DNA of 64,000 bases. Source: the human T2T-CHM13v2.0 reference genome, Homo sapiens. Below, one piece after another: positions 1-14,264 of this stretch. Where the stretch lies: NCBI RefSeq assembly GCF_009914755.1, contig NC_060936.1; one strand, given 5' to 3'. How positions within the stretch are numbered: position 1 is the first letter of the stretch; each line of letters begins with the position of its first letter. The notes under the pieces were generated by a model. That model searched no databases and had not been told where the DNA came from. It saw only the letters and a list, made by a program, of their open reading frames with translations. A program made the position numbers and the translations under genes.

Positions 1-1040
1 TTAATATTCCCATTTTGTTCATATGTAATTTTCTTAACTTTCTCCATGTCCTTATTTAGTTCTTTGAGCATATTTAAGACAGTTGTTTAAAGTTTTTCTC
101 TAGTAGATCTGCCACCAGGTCTTTTTCAGAAATGGTTTCTGTTGATTTGTTATTTTTTTCTTTAAATGAGCCATACTTTTCTGTTTTTTTGTATGCTTTG
201 TGAGTTTTTTGAAATATTTGCATTTCATAATATGGTAACTTTTGAAATTAGATTTTCCCTCTTCCTAGGGTTTGCTGTTTTCTCTGATTCTTTATTATTT
301 TGATTGTTGTGCCAAGGATCAGCCTGAGATGTAAACTTAAGGCCTTTCAGCTCTTTTCTGAGCCTGTGACTTTCCCCGGTTATGTGTACTTGCCAACTTT
401 TCCCATATGTGCAGTTTTTATTTTTATTTTATTTTTATTATACTTTAAGTTCTGGGATACATGTGCAGAATGTGCAGGTTTGTTACGTAGGTATTCACAT
501 GCCATGGTGGTTTGCTGCACCCATCAACCCATCATCTACATTAGATATTTCTTCTAATGGTATCCCTCCTCTAGCCCTGCACCCCCCAGCAGGCCCCAGT
601 GTGTGATGTTCCCCTCCCTGTGTCCATGTGTTCTCATTGTTCAACTCCTATTTATGAGTGAGAACATGTAGTGTTTGGTTTTCTGTTCCTGTGTTAGTTT
701 GCTGAGAATGATGGTTTCCAGCTTCATCCATATCCCTGCAAAGGACCTGAACTCATCCTTTTTTTTATAGCTGCATAGAATTCCATGGTGTATATGTGCC
801 ACATTTTCTTTATCCATCCTATCATTGATGGACATTTGGGTTGGTTCCAAGTCTTTTATGCAGTTGTTTTGAATGTCCTAGTTTTCAGTGTCTCACTCCC
901 AAAAAAAAGAACAGGAAGTCACAGGCCTTCAATAGACTCTAGAGTTCTAAATAGTTCCACCAGACAAATTCTACCACTGCAGTGTTGTTCAAATGAAGAG
1001 ACAGACTCCTGGTGCTTCCTACTTCATCATCTTCCCAGAA
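1..1040 (-). mobile_element. Ancient L1M-type LINE fragments (interrupted by L1PA at 415-855)
   Basis: T-rich L1 antisense-like composition; ends in 'catcttcccagaa', resembling an L1M 5' end. Confidence 0.45.
415..855 (-). mobile_element. L1PA7-like 3' fragment (5'-truncated)
   Basis: poly-T tail, L1 3'UTR 'ttatactttaagttctgggatacatgtgcag', ORF2 C-terminus [20 protein letters not shown]; degenerate TSD around tgcagtt. Confidence 0.93.
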
Positions 1041-1170
1041 TCTGCTCAGATTATAAGCGTTAATGAAATAAAAAGCAGTTCTCCCAAAGGGATATAATTG
1101 AAGAAGTTTATTCATTCAGTATTTATCATTGGGTACCACCCTAAGTGCTGATGAGATATGAAGTCACAAC

Positions 1171-1620
1171 TGTCGTAGCCAGGGTTCACCCCAAGAGCAG
1201 AGCCTGACAAGATCTCACTGGTAGGGAGCTTTGGGAAATAAGCAGGAGTGGGATTTGGAAATAATATAGGAAAGTGTTATGAGCTGGTTTACCACTGTGG
1301 GCACCTGGAATTCAATTCCATGGGGCCTCTGAGAAGCTGTGTAGGATGCCCCTCAGAACTGCCCCCTTGAGACATGGAAGTGGCGGTATTCAATCTACTG
1401 AATAAGGATTGCCCTTGGGAGTGTTAACTCCCTCAACTTCCAAGTTATGCAAGAAGCAGAATGGCTGAGTGTCTCCAAGCAAAGGCAGATTGCCCATAGT
1501 AGAAAGCAAGAGACAGTGGTGCAGCTGAGATAATGTGCTGTCAGTTTTCATCTGGTGCTTGCCTTGGCCAAGGCTGGACTAAAAAGTGAGCTAAGAGGCT
1601 GTGAGATGAGGACGAAGTAG
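1171..1620. mobile_element. Old MaLR (MLT1-family) LTR
   Basis: 'gggttcaccccaagagcagagcctga' MLT1 end motif. Confidence 0.55.
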
Positions 1621-2112
1621 AGAGTCATAAAACAGCCCGTGTGGTCATGGACCCTATTTAATGAACTCAGACACTAGGCAATTACAAAGAATATAGTGTG
1701 ATAAGTGATAAGGAAATAGAGAGAGTTTATCAGTTAGAATTGGGATACATGCAACAGAAACCCTACAGTAGAGGCTTAACCCAGTGGTTTAAAAATAAAC
1801 CTATTTTTCTCATGTAAAAAGAAGTTCAGAGCGAGGAAGTTTGGCACTCAGGGAAGTCATCCAGTACCAGGCTCCATCCAGCTTCCTGCTCTTCCATCCT
1901 TAGTGTCTGGCTTTCATCTTCATAGTTGGTCTGATTGTGTTCTAGGCAGGAAGACAGGGAAGACAGGCAGAGGACATGTGCCAGCTGAGTCTGTTTTTAT
2001 TAGGAAAAGCATAGCTTTCTTGGAAGCCCATCCAACAGGATTCTGCTTACATATCATTGAGTGTAGTAGCTCACGTGGTCACTCCTGGCTTAAGGGAGTC
2101 TGGAAGATGAAT

Positions 2113-2280
2113 TATTTTTATTTTTTGAGACAGTGTCTTGCTCCCTTGCCCAGGCTGGAGTGCAGTGACACTACTCTAGGTTGCTGCAACCTCAAACTCT
2201 TGGGCTCAAGTGATCCTCCCACCTCAGCCTCCCAAGTTGGGACTAAAAGTATGCACCATCATGCTCAGATAATTTTTTAA
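2113..2280 (-). mobile_element. AluJ right-arm fragment
   Basis: cccaggctggagtgcagtg...ggctcaagtgatcctcccacctcagcc. Confidence 0.9.
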
Positions 2281-2289
2281 TTAATTAAT

Positions 2290-2615
<326 letters not shown>

Positions 2616-2714
2616 TAACTGGACACATCAGACACTGAACAGAATTGGAGTACTAATAGTAAGAAAGACAGCAGAAAGGATTTTGAGTAGGCAACTTACA
2701 GTATCTGCCTCAGA

Positions 2715-4200
2715 AGTCTAAGTGGTATGGGAGCAACAAGGAGGGGCCCAACACCTGAACTAGGGATAAGAGAGGGAGGTCAGAGAAGGTCCTTGAAGGT
2801 AACCCTTAGGTGGATCTTGAAATATGAGCTGTAACTGGCCAGGTAGATAATATGTAAACTTTTGTTGATGTATGGTGGCAGGAGGCAGGAAAGGGAATGG
2901 TTGGAAGAACAATCTAGACATTACGTAGAAGGACATGAAAATATGAAAGATTATAGGACCGAAGAAGAATTTTGGAGAGATACAACAGGCTAGAGAATTG
3001 AGCACAAATAGGTAGTGGTAAGGTACTACTCTGACAGGTGTTATGGGACCAGACTAGACCAGAGACGGCCTTGTATACCATCATAAGGAATATAGATTTT
3101 ATCTGGAAGCCTAATAGGAAGTTTTGAAATATTTTAGGCAGGCAGGTAATGTGATAAGATCTACATTAAAAATCAATCTGAAAAATGTTTGGAGAATGGA
3201 TTGGAAGATATGATGTGGCAATAATCAAGGATTTGCCATAATATAAGGAAAAATGATGTAGGATTAAACTAACAAGGATAGAGAGAAGAGGACAGACTTG
3301 AGAAAAGTTTTGAAGAGAGGTTCGATAGGGCTTGGTGGATAACTGTGTGATATAATTTCTCTAAACCAACAACACTTGAGGGGGAAAAGTAAATTTCCAA
3401 GGTAAGATGATAAATGGACATGCTGAAGTGGAGGCTCCTATGGGTCAGTGAAGCGGTGATATCCAGTAGATAGGGGGAATGCTGGAACTGAAACCTTTGT
3501 AAGAGATTGGAGCTGGAATTCTAGATTAGAGGTCATTGGCATATGGTGGCAATTGAAGTCCTTGGTATGGGCAGGGTCACACAGATGGAGTGAATATAAG
3601 AAAGAGGAGCCTGGAGGGCAGTACTACTGGGCACATTAGCATATGGACATAAGAAGATGAGATTAAAAAAGGGATGGGGAAGGGGAGTGAGAGAGATCCA
3701 AATGACTCTAGGAGAGAGTGATGCATGGAAAGCCATGGATGAGAGAGAGAGACTCAACATATGGTGTAGTGGTGAATAGTATGAGCTTCAGAGTCAGACA
3801 GACCTCATTTCCAGCCCAGGGTCTACCTAATTGTATGACCTATGACAAATGTCCTTATCCTCTCTATGCCTCAGTCTGTTTCCTCATTTTGAAAATGGGG
3901 ATCATAACAGTACCTACTTCAGCACTGTTTTGATAATTAAATGAGATAATGTATAAAAAGTGCTCAGCACTCTGCTTGGTACACAGTTCTCAAAGAGTGG
4001 TAGCTATCACACTAATATGATGAGTGTCTCTTTAAGAGTGGCAGGAGATTCAGACAGATCAGAAGAAGGATGTTGAAAAAAGGCTGGAAAGAATCCATTG
4101 GATTGTGATTCAAGAGGTCAATGGGAATCCTTGATGAGTTTCAATGGCATGGTGGGGACAGAGACAGAATGTGGGTAGGATGGGGGAATTTGAGAGGGGT
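2715..4200 (-). mobile_element. L2 LINE remnants (with MIR inserted at ~3765-4010)
   Basis: Purine-rich L2 antisense motifs, e.g. 'ggccttgtataccat..taaggaat.tagattttat' and 'ccattggatt'. Confidence 0.7.
3765..4010 (+). mobile_element. MIR SINE
   Basis: Core 'gcctcagt..tttcctcattt.gaaaatggggat.ataacagtacctac'. Confidence 0.85.
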
Positions 4201-4534
4201 GACTGGATTGCGAACAGGTGGATGATGATGAGTATGTGGAGTTCATTATTTTATTCTCTCTACTTTTGGGATGTTTGAATATTTTTATAATAAAAATAAA
4301 GGGCCTAATAATTGTAAAAAATATATATTTTTTCTCCAAAGTGCTCAACACATAATAGAAATAGCAGAAGGCATTGGTGAGTAGGAGGACTTAAGCTTTG
4401 CCTGGTGGAAAGAATTTGGCCACAGCCCACGTAGGATGATTTCCAGACTTATGATGCTGCCAAAAGGAAACTCAATTGTTTGTACGTATCAATCAAACTC
4501 AGAGTATTATGTATGTATCAATCCCTACACCTGC

Positions 4535-4728
4535 GTGGGCTTTGAAGTCAGACTGCTACATTTAAATCCTGTCTCGACCATTTGCAAACTATGAGATCTT
4601 GGGTAACTAACTTATTTAACCACTCTGTGCCTCATTTTCCTTATTTATAAAATAAGGATAATAGTTCCTGCCTCACATGGTTGTTATCAGGAATACATGA
4701 GCTAATACACACAAGGTACTTAGAATGG
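4535..4728 (+). mobile_element. MIR SINE (continues after 5432)
   Basis: 'ctctgtgcctcattttccttatttataaaataaggataata' core. Confidence 0.8.
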
Positions 4729-5432
4729 TGTCTTGGTCTGTTTGGGCTGTTATAACAAAATATCATAGACAAGGTAGCTTATAAACAACAGAATTTTATT
4801 TTTCACTGTCCTGGAGGCTGGGAAGTCTAAGATCAAGGTGCTGACAGATTTGGTGTCTGGTGAGGACCTACTTCCTGGTTTATAGAATGGCACATTCTTG
4901 CTGTGTCCTCATGTGGTAGAAGGGGCAAAGCATCTCTCTAGAGTCTCTTCTTATAATGGGACCAATCCTATTCATGAGGGCTCTGCCTTCACATCCTAAC
5001 CACTTTCCAAAGGCCCACCTCCAATTACCATCACATTGGTAATTAGGTTGCAATACAAGAATTTTGCAAGGGTGGCCAGGCACGGTGGCTTACGCCTGTA
5101 ATCTCAGCATTTTTGGGAGGCCCAGGTGGGCGGATCACCTGAGGGCAGGAGTTTGAGACCAGCCTGGCCAACATGGTGAAACCCTGTCTCTACTAAAAAT
5201 ACAAAACTTAGCCAGGTGTGGTGGCACACGCCTGTAGCCCCAGCTACTTGGGAGGTTGAGGCAGGAGAATCTCTTGAACTCAGGAGGCGGAGGTTGCAGT
5301 AATCAGAGATCGCGCCCCTGTACTCCAGCCTGGGTGGCAGAGCAAGACTCTGTCTACACACACACACACACACACAAAAAAAAAAAAAAAGAGAATTTTG
5401 CCAGGGGCAGACACAAACATTAGGCCATAGCA
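4729..5432 (-). mobile_element. MST/MLT1A-type MaLR solo LTR interrupted by AluS
   Basis: tgtcttggtctg...ataacaaaatatcatagac...ccatagca termini. Confidence 0.85.
5074..5391 (+). mobile_element. AluSx-like with (CA)n-A tail
   Basis: Full Alu; TSD agaattttgc(a/c)aggg at 5058-5072 and 5392-5406. Confidence 0.95.
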
Positions 5433-5798
5433 TACAGTGTTGGGAAGATACTTACTAAGTGCTAAAAAATGTTGTATTTCATTGTACTATAATTTTATTT
5501 TTCTATCTAATATATGTTTTTCCACTTAAAACAATATTGTATTGAATAATTTTTTTCCCTAAGGAAATATAGAAATTGTGTTGTTTTTCTTACTATTGCC
5601 TTTCTTAGGATAGTGGTAAGTATGACAGTGATGTTTCTCATAACACATACGCTCACACACACTTACTATATAAATACATACTATAAGGTGCACACACACA
5701 CATCCCCAAAACACATTACCCTTTCACTCCTGGCATACATACATGAACACATAAACAACTACTATTGAAGCTGTGAGCCTTGACATTTTTCTGTTCCA

Positions 5799-5969
5799 CT
5801 TTTTTTTTCTTTAAAAGACAGGGTATCACTATGTTGCCCAGGCTGGAGTGCAGTGACTATTTACAGGCACGATCATAGAGCATGACAGCTCCAGATTCCT
5901 GAGCTCAAGCGATCCTCCAACCTCAGCTTCCTGAGTAGCTGGGACTATAGACATGGCCACAGTGTCTGG
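5799..5969 (-). mobile_element. Alu monomer (FAM/FLAM-like)
   Basis: 'gtgactatttacaggcacgatcatag' free-monomer signature; TSD ttctgttcc. Confidence 0.8.
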
Positions 5970-6517
5970 TTCTGTTCCGTTCCAAAACTGTCAGAGATTT
6001 TCTGGTGGGGGCATAGGAATACGTCAATTTAAGTAGGAGATGGATCTTTTGGAATAGCCCAAGTCCCTGTCTGGGGACTATGCATTCACACAAATACTGA
6101 AGAAGCTGGCTTGATGTAGTTAAGTGTGGAAAGGGAGAAACACTTTCCAATTAGTAAATTCATAGAGAGTCTTGGCCTGGGGTTGTGGTTGTCCACTCCC
6201 CTACGTACTAAGGGAGGATGGAGCTGAAATTGAGCATCTTCGGTTTTCATCAACAATTTTTATCAAAGGAATGTGTTTATTAAATCATACAATGTCCTAG
6301 AATGGTCACAGTAACAACCTGTTTCTCTGGTGTGTCATGATCTCTCCACTTTCTTCACTTTCCAAATCCTATCTCTCCTTTAAAGTCAAGCTGAAGCCTT
6401 GAGTTTGAGGGAATAAGTGAAGGTCGCTTTTCCCATGAGAATCATGAGACACGTTGATGTAGGAGTCAGGCGGAAGTAATTCCTTGGAGATATACATCAT
6501 GTAATTGTGACAACCAA

Positions 6518-6942
6518 TACATGTTAGGGCTGCAGTAACATATTAGCCTTCACTTCTCAGTGGCCTATCCCGTAAAGCTTTCTTTTTCTGTTCCAGCTGC
6601 ACATCCAGTGTGAGTGGGCAGATGGCAGGCGGGGAATGTGGGGTAGAGTGGTCGTGATGGAGCTCTGCCCAGTCAGTCACTCAGGGATCAGCCTGACAGC
6701 AGCTCCACCATCTTGCTCCATCAGTGCAAAAGAGAAACTGGAGAGAGGCTGAGTAATTGCACAGGAGTTTGTCATTGCCTCAGCCCACAAGTGACACAAG
6801 TCATTTCTCTCATTTTATTGGCCAGAACCAGTCAGATGTCCCCTTCTAACTGCAAAAGGGCTGGGAGCTGTAATCTTCTGAATGCCCAGTGAGTGAGAAG
6901 ATAAATCTGTGTATCGATGAGGATGGGCAATGTCTACCAAAG
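6518..6942. mobile_element. Old MaLR (MLT1J/K-like) LTR
   Basis: 'ttattggccagaaccagtca..tg..ccc.tctaactgcaaaagggctggga' motif. Confidence 0.6.
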
Positions 6943-9027
6943 CACATCAGTATTTAAGCCACCAGGGTAGCTGCTCATAGGTGGAAGGGACAATGTGAGT
7001 ATCATGGCTTTTATTCTTATAGGAGTCACTGAGACTTCTGGGTAATAGTTAAGTACACTTGGCTGTATCTGGCCTTTGGATAATGAGGTAAACTAGAGTT
7101 AAAACCCAATTTCATGTCCTGTAGAAGCCCAAAGCCTCAAGTAGATGACTGAGAATAGACTGTGCATGCCAAAGAGACTTACTAGAGCATGCAGCAAGAG
7201 AAAATCAGTATCACCTGATCCCTAATGGCTCACAGGAAGAGTTCTGAGCCTAAAACCCAGGACACTGAGGTATCACTTTTTTGGTTAGTAGCTTGTCTTT
7301 TACCTTAACATTTGGCTTTAGTTGGCAGACAATAACTGTGACCAATAATAAATCAATTAGAGTCAGCTGCCCAGCAGTTTAGGTTATAACATTTAAATGT
7401 AGGCAAATGCTAATTTATTCATTTATGCCTGTCTAACCGCTAAAGACATGGAAATATACCCTTTCATGTAAATAGAAAATAGCAACCAAAGTGCCCTTGG
7501 CAAAGAAGCAGATCCTGCTCCCGTCTACCCCTCACTGAGATATCTTTAAAATAGAACTTGAATTGGCTTTTAATATTTACATAAAACGTTGAAAACATTA
7601 TTAAAACTGAGCCAGGGATGAAGGAAGTCTGATCAGGGTAGATTGTGTTAGTAGAAAGCATATGAATAATTTTTTTTATGTGCCATTGTTGGCTTGAATG
7701 AATAATTTTTTAACGTAATTGAGCCAAGAATTCTAGTGGCATGAAATCTTCAGGGGCAGTGTCCCCTCTAAGCAGGATTCTCTGATTCCTCTCCTTTGAC
7801 ACATTTCCTGCCCCCTCCCTACCTCTTCTTTTTTGTTTTTAGAGAATAATGGTGAGTACCTCATGCCCTACCCTGTAGAAAACCCTTTAGTGTGATGGCT
7901 TGTGGTTTCCTCCTAGAAGATATTACCTGGCCAAACTCCTCAGTGGGCTAACAGATGATGATAACACAGTCATTCATTTTTTTTCCTTTTAAGTTACCTA
8001 GAGTCTGAGAAAGTAGGGTCCTCAAGAGAGGATGTCAAGGTGGTCCATACAGCATTTACTGCTGCAATGACTGTAAACTCAATTTTTTTCTTTCTTTACT
8101 TTTCAGCATGTGAATTTGGAAGCAATGTATTCTAGCTGAAAATCTGAGAAGTTGATTCCATGCCAAAAATTAGCTGTAACCTCAGTTGACTGCATTTTAT
8201 GTTTTCACCAGAGTGTTTCCTTTCCATGTGGCTGGCAGAAGGAACAAATTTAACTGAGGCTTTACATTTGTGAATAATCAATTTCAACATTCTTGTAGAC
8301 CTAAAAATGTAACCTCGACAACTGCTTGGGCAGTAGACATCTGGCTGGCAGGATAGACCATGGGTCTAATCAGGCTGGAAACACTGAATAATCAAGAGAG
8401 AAGATTAAGCTTCTGATCTGATGGGCAGGGAATTACTCCAACAGCAAGGGAAGTTTGAAGTGGGGACTAATTTTGTTGGTGGCCAGTTCATTAGGGAATT
8501 ATTTCTAGTTTGAACAACTTTTCCTTCCTGTGTACTTGGGGTCTAGAATGAATATGCTGAAAACGAGAGTTCTAATAGGTCATGATATGTCTGCTCACAT
8601 TCCATTCCAAAGCAAGTCATTTGGCCATTTCCAAAGTACACGACACCCAAGGAAGTGGTGGGGGAGGGAGTGATTAATTTTGAGCAGTAATCTAAAATAG
8701 CATTGAAGACAGCCATGAGGCACGCAGAAGGTGCCTCTCCATCCTCTCTGCAGAGCAGATGGCAAGTAGAAGCAAGTCCTGCAGCGGGTAGTGGGGGTGC
8801 AGAATGATGATGGGGAAAGCCCTGTTAGGGGCCCTAAGTGGCCTGGGTGTTTTATTGAGCTGGGTCTCCATATTACATTTTGGGGTCATTTATAGCACTT
8901 GGGAGACCCATCATTTTTAGTTCATTTACTATATATGAATATATTAAGGACATTTAATGTAAATAAATACCATTTATTGAGCCTCTACTGTATGCCAAGC
9001 ATTATGCTAAGTGGTTTTCATGCTTAT

Positions 9028-9356
9028 CTCAACCTTTTTCTGTTTAGGGCCAGATAGTAAATATTTTAGGTTTTGCGGGCCATAAAGTCTCTATTGCAGC
9101 TGCTCACCTCTGCTGTTGTAGTGTGAAAGTGGCCACAGACAATGCAAAAATGAATGACTGTAGCTGGGTTTCAATATCATTTTATTTATGGATTCAGATT
9201 TGAATTTGTTATAATTTTTATACATCATGAAATACTGTTTTTCTTCTGATTTTTTCCAACCATTAAAAAATGTAAAAACCATTCTCATCTTGTGGGCTGT
9301 ATAAAAATGAGTGGTGGGTCACATTTGGCTTGTGGTTCCTGGTTTGCTGACCCCTG
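9028..9356. mobile_element. MER58B (hAT-Charlie) DNA transposon inserted in a MIR
   Basis: 'gggccagatagtaaatattttagg' and terminal 'gtttgctgacccctg'. Confidence 0.85.
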
Positions 9357-11176
9357 CTTTGTCTCATTATATTCGCACAATAAGCTTCATTAGGTAGTTA
9401 TATTATCACACATTATAGATAAGTATTTCAGAGGTTTAGTATTTCTGCTAATCTCTGGCAATCAGATAGTATCCCACCAAGAAATTAGAGTTTTTTGTTG
9501 TGTTTAACTAATTATGTGTTCATAATATGTAACAGAACAATACTTCCCAATGTTTTTTGTGTATTTTAAATGTTACCTATTAATATACCACAGAATATAT
9601 ATATTTCTTATTTTCTGTGATTTTGAAAGTGAATTGTTGATTCTTAAATTATTTGATTATGACATATAATAAATAATTTATTTCAGACTTCACCATAAAA
9701 TTCTGTTTGGTTTAGGCTAAAGTTAAAATATACTGATTTCTCCTGAATACACTTTAAGGAGAGATGAGGTTGGTTCTGAGAGATGGCAAGAGAAACCAAT
9801 GTGGGGTGAAACTTTACCACTTTACATGCAATTAATTGAAAGAGGGCTAAATGTAGACAAATATGAATGCATGTATGTGCGTGCATGTGCACACACACAC
9901 ACACACACAAAACACATGCTCTCAAGGGAAAGGATTGCCCCTGAACTTGGCAAAGCCTAGAAAAATACAAAGAGAGGTTTCCCTCTTTTGCATACTCAGT
10001 GTGGTGCATTATTGATATCTCAGTGAGTTGAAATAAAAGAACTAGACTCATAATAATTAATACATATTTCCAGCATATTAAATTTTACACTATAATAAAA
10101 TTCTTATATAATATAGATTTTTTTGGTTAAATGGGTTTAGATAGAATATGAGCCAAATAATGTTCCTTGAAACACAGTGTCTGCATACAATAAAGATCTG
10201 ATCCATCACAGATATTACTTTTAGCTCCCAGTGTTCTCCTATATTTAGAAAATTGAAACTTCTTATTTAAATAATAGGCAATTAAAAATTTCAGAATGTA
10301 TCAATTTGCATATGACCAAGACATTTAGACCAAAAGGGCTATATACAAGGACTAAATAATCTCATGTGCTAATGAACAATAATATATTCACTGTTTGTAC
10401 ATTAAAAAAATGTAAATTACCCCAAATGGCTGTGTTTAATTGCATATCACTATATCAGTGGGTAATTGTGCTTTCTATGAGAAAAAATTGTTCCAAAGTC
10501 AAAATGTCACCTTGCTGTCAAATAATCCCACAGATTACTATAAACAGAGCTAAAGAAATTGTGCTGTGACTGAAAAGGTGTGATGTAAATCCTGCTCATT
10601 ACCCAAGACATGACTTCCATTGTAATTATCTGTCTATCACAATAGCTTCCTCTGCCATCTCCAGCTTACCTGATGCCATACACACAACTCATTAACATTT
10701 GGTCCATACACTACCATTGGTACAGTTAACCTCTGAGCACAGTGGGGTCATTACTTCATTATGATGGATTCTGTAATAACACAACAACTTGCATCAAAGA
10801 TTAATATTTTTCTTTTCTTCATTTATGGTTAAATTAATAATTAGTCTAACACCTGGATTCCATTATATTCTTGTTTTTGTGATCTTGTCAAGAATTCAGT
10901 TGGTTTAGAGGAAACTTCAGAACTCTGTTGCCAAAGAAGAGTTACACTCCTCTCTGGCTGACATCTATTTTTAAAAAGAGAAAAAATATTTGGCAACCTG
11001 TGTGGTCTGAATATGAAAGACATTGGTAATGTAAAATGAACTGAAGGAACACACAGGCTAGAAAGTCTATTGTGGTTTTTGGAAATAGAGATTAAACTGG
11101 ATGAAAGTTCTAACAATTTGTTTATTGTGATGAGAAACTTGAGAGTGAGTTAATTCTGGTGGTTTTTAAAAATTTA

Positions 11177-11484
<308 letters not shown>

Positions 11485-11494
11485 GGATGTTGAA

Positions 11495-11612
11495 TGGCGA
11501 GAGGGTCTTGCCATGTTGCCCAGGTGGGTCCTGAACTCCTAGGTTTAAGCGATCCTCCTGCCTTGGCCTCCCCAAATATTGGGATTACAGGCATAAGCCA
11601 CCATGTCTGGCC
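11495..11612 (-). mobile_element. FLAM/AluJ left-monomer
   Basis: gggtcttgccatgttgcccagg...ctggcc; flanking attctgg..ttttt repeats at ~11153 and ~11615. Confidence 0.85.
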
Positions 11613-12139
11613 TCATTCTGGCATTTTTAAGCAAAGTATACAGATCTCAAGTTTGAGTTTTATTTTCACAGTTCTTTAGCACAGCATCCGATTCCATTTG
11701 GTAAGCTCTTGTAAACAGCTGCATTTAATGTAAAGAAGTGGTTTATTTTCCCTTAAGTAGTTATTTGAATTTTCTAAGTTGGGAATAGAATTATTATAGC
11801 AAGCTACTTTTAAGAGGAAAGGGGATTTCACTTTAAAAGTCATCTCTCATTTATGAAGAACAACAAAAGTCAGGGAGAGGCATCATAGGGAAAGCTAATA
11901 TTTCCAAGAGTCTCTATTAACCTTTGGTGTTTTTTCCTGTAACTCTGGAATATTGTTTAAAATTTCCATTGTCATTAATAGAACATTTGATGAAGCTTTA
12001 TTTTATGCTACCATAACTGTCTTTGGAATGAAAGTTTGAATTAACTTAGCATGCTAGCAATGTCCACCACGGGCAGGTGAATAAAACCCCTAATGATATC
12101 AAAGCAGTGTAATTCCCAGATCCAGGCCATCTTTTAAAA

Positions 12140-12355
12140 TAGATGCTTTTTCTGGGGCAAGTATTTTACTAGGTGTTCTATACAGTAACTTTAAATCCTG
12201 CAAAGTGGGTGTTATTATCCCAAGCAAGAGATGAGGAAATTGAAGCTCACAGAGATACAATGATCTATTTAAGGCCACACACCTGGCAAGTGGTGGAGTC
12301 AGAACTTAAAATCAAGTCTGTCTGACATAGAGCCAGTGCTTTTTCCATCATGATG
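12140..12355 (-). mobile_element. MIR SINE
   Basis: 'agatgaggaaattgaagctcacagag' core. Confidence 0.8.
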
Positions 12356-12759
12356 TATCTTATTCTGCCATTCTTCATAATGATCAAGTAAAGGTAGACA
12401 ACAATTATGTGCTTATCTCAGAAAGAAAAAATACCCAAATATCAAGAGGCAAGAATTTAAAGTGAATACAAATCATTTGAATTCATGATTAGATAGAACA
12501 CCATGCATCCAAACCTATGCAAAACATTCTTTAACGAGGGAACTCTCCAAGGCCTGAAATAGACATTCATGTATAAGTGTAGAATTTTCAGACCAGATAG
12601 ATATACTTTTCAGAACCTGGAGCTTCACACTTACGCATGGTTTTGGATTTCTTTGGGTGGGAGAGTACCTTGCAATGGAAAGTAGCAACGTTTACAGAAG
12701 TATAATATTGCAGTTAATCAATAGTTAACACTTGAATATTGTATTCAAACAAGAACAGA

Positions 12760-13515
12760 TTGTTTGCCAGTTACTAATTTACTGCTTCTCAGGTTTGAAT
12801 GTACTATTCACTGCTTGCTCTATGAAAATGGAGATGGGCCCTTGAAATTTTTCTGTTTTGCCAGCTGGCATGATGTTAAGCTTTGTGAATAGAGGGTGCT
12901 GGAGGAATATTGGAGAAGAATATGTTTTTCTTCCTGATTCCAGTGCCCTTTATTGACAGGCTCCTGCTCTATGCATGGCTTCTGCCTTGCCATTCTGTCA
13001 GTGTAGGGCACAGCTTTCTTCAGTACTCAGTTTCTGCAAAGTATGTCTCCTCCAGCATTGCGCTCCTTTAGTGAATGGCTTCTCCGTGCTCAGCTTCTGC
13101 AGTTCATGGCAACCAACAGCATTCCAGCATCCAGCATCATCCCATGGTAGTCCCTTGGCAGTTCTGCAACAAGTTCCAAGGCATGACATCTCCCTGTGTA
13201 TGGCTTTCTCTGGTGCTCCAGATGGTAGATTTCCAGAAAGTTCCACCAGTATGGCACCTGGGCGACTTCTCTCTATCCAGTGAGCTATGGCAGTGCTCTC
13301 TCCAACAAGGTCTGGATCTCAGCCCTAGAAGGAGGGGAGTTCTTTCTTGGATACTCTGTCTCAGCCTAGGGGTGGTATTTGTAATATCTGTATTCTTTAG
13401 AATTTTCTTTATGTCTTATTAGCTTGTCCATCAGTACTCTAATCCTCTGTTATACACTTTCCCTGTTAAAATTGTTATGTAGTTTCTGTCTCCTGGTTGG
13501 ACATTGACTGGTATA
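12760..13515 (+). mobile_element. ERVL LTR (LTR41-like)
   Basis: 'ccagctggcatgatgttaagctttgt...agagggtgctgg' and end 'gtttctgtctcctggttggacattgactggtata'. Confidence 0.6.
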
Positions 13516-13539
13516 GTTGAGTAGGTTACATTATTTCTA

Positions 13540-13828
13540 CTTTTTTTTTTTTTTTGGAGACAGAGTCTCTCTGTCACCCAGGCTGGTGTGCAGTAGTGTG
13601 ATCCTAGCTTACTGCAGCCTTTGAACTCCTGGGCTCAAACAATCCTCCCACCTCAGCCTCCTAAGTAGCTAGGACTATAGGAATGTGCCACCACACCTTT
13701 TTATTTTTGTAGAGCTAGGATCTTGCTATGTTGCCCCAGCTGGTCCCCAATTCCTGGCTTCAAGTGATCATCCTGCCTTGGCCTCCTAAAGCTCTGGGAT
13801 TACAGGCATGAACTACTGCACCCAGCCC
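13540..13828 (-). mobile_element. AluJ
   Basis: J diagnostics; TSD att(t/g)ctactt. Confidence 0.92.
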
Positions 13829-14264
13829 ATTGCTACTTCTTCATCTGATTTGCCTAAATGCCTTCAGTCTAACAGGATTAAAATGCACTACTGAAAGTTG
13901 GCTTTTTAATGTTAAATATTCAATACCTTACCAAGCATATTTTCTACAAAATAACTTATCCAGGCATACTGCTTTCAATCTATATAATATACAAATTCTC
14001 TTCTAATGATAAAGTTAATTATTTAATCAGTTAAGATGATTTGGTTGCAAGAAGTAGAAATGGCCTGGCTAACTTAAGCATAAAAAGGAATGTATGGGAA
14101 GAAGACAATGCCTGGCTATTGCAGAAATCTTTGGTCGTCTAGAAAGAGTAGAGATAGGCTTTGAGAGCTAGAGGGAAGAGAATATCTTAGTTTGACAGGT
14201 TTTGGAATAGAAAGATGATTCAAGACAAGGATAAATTTTTGGGTGTGACATTAATTCTCTGCAG

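Noticed and set aside
12885-12902. CTCF site in the LTR41-like element
   Set aside because: Core is degenerate (tgaatagagggtgct); cannot be supported without ChIP data
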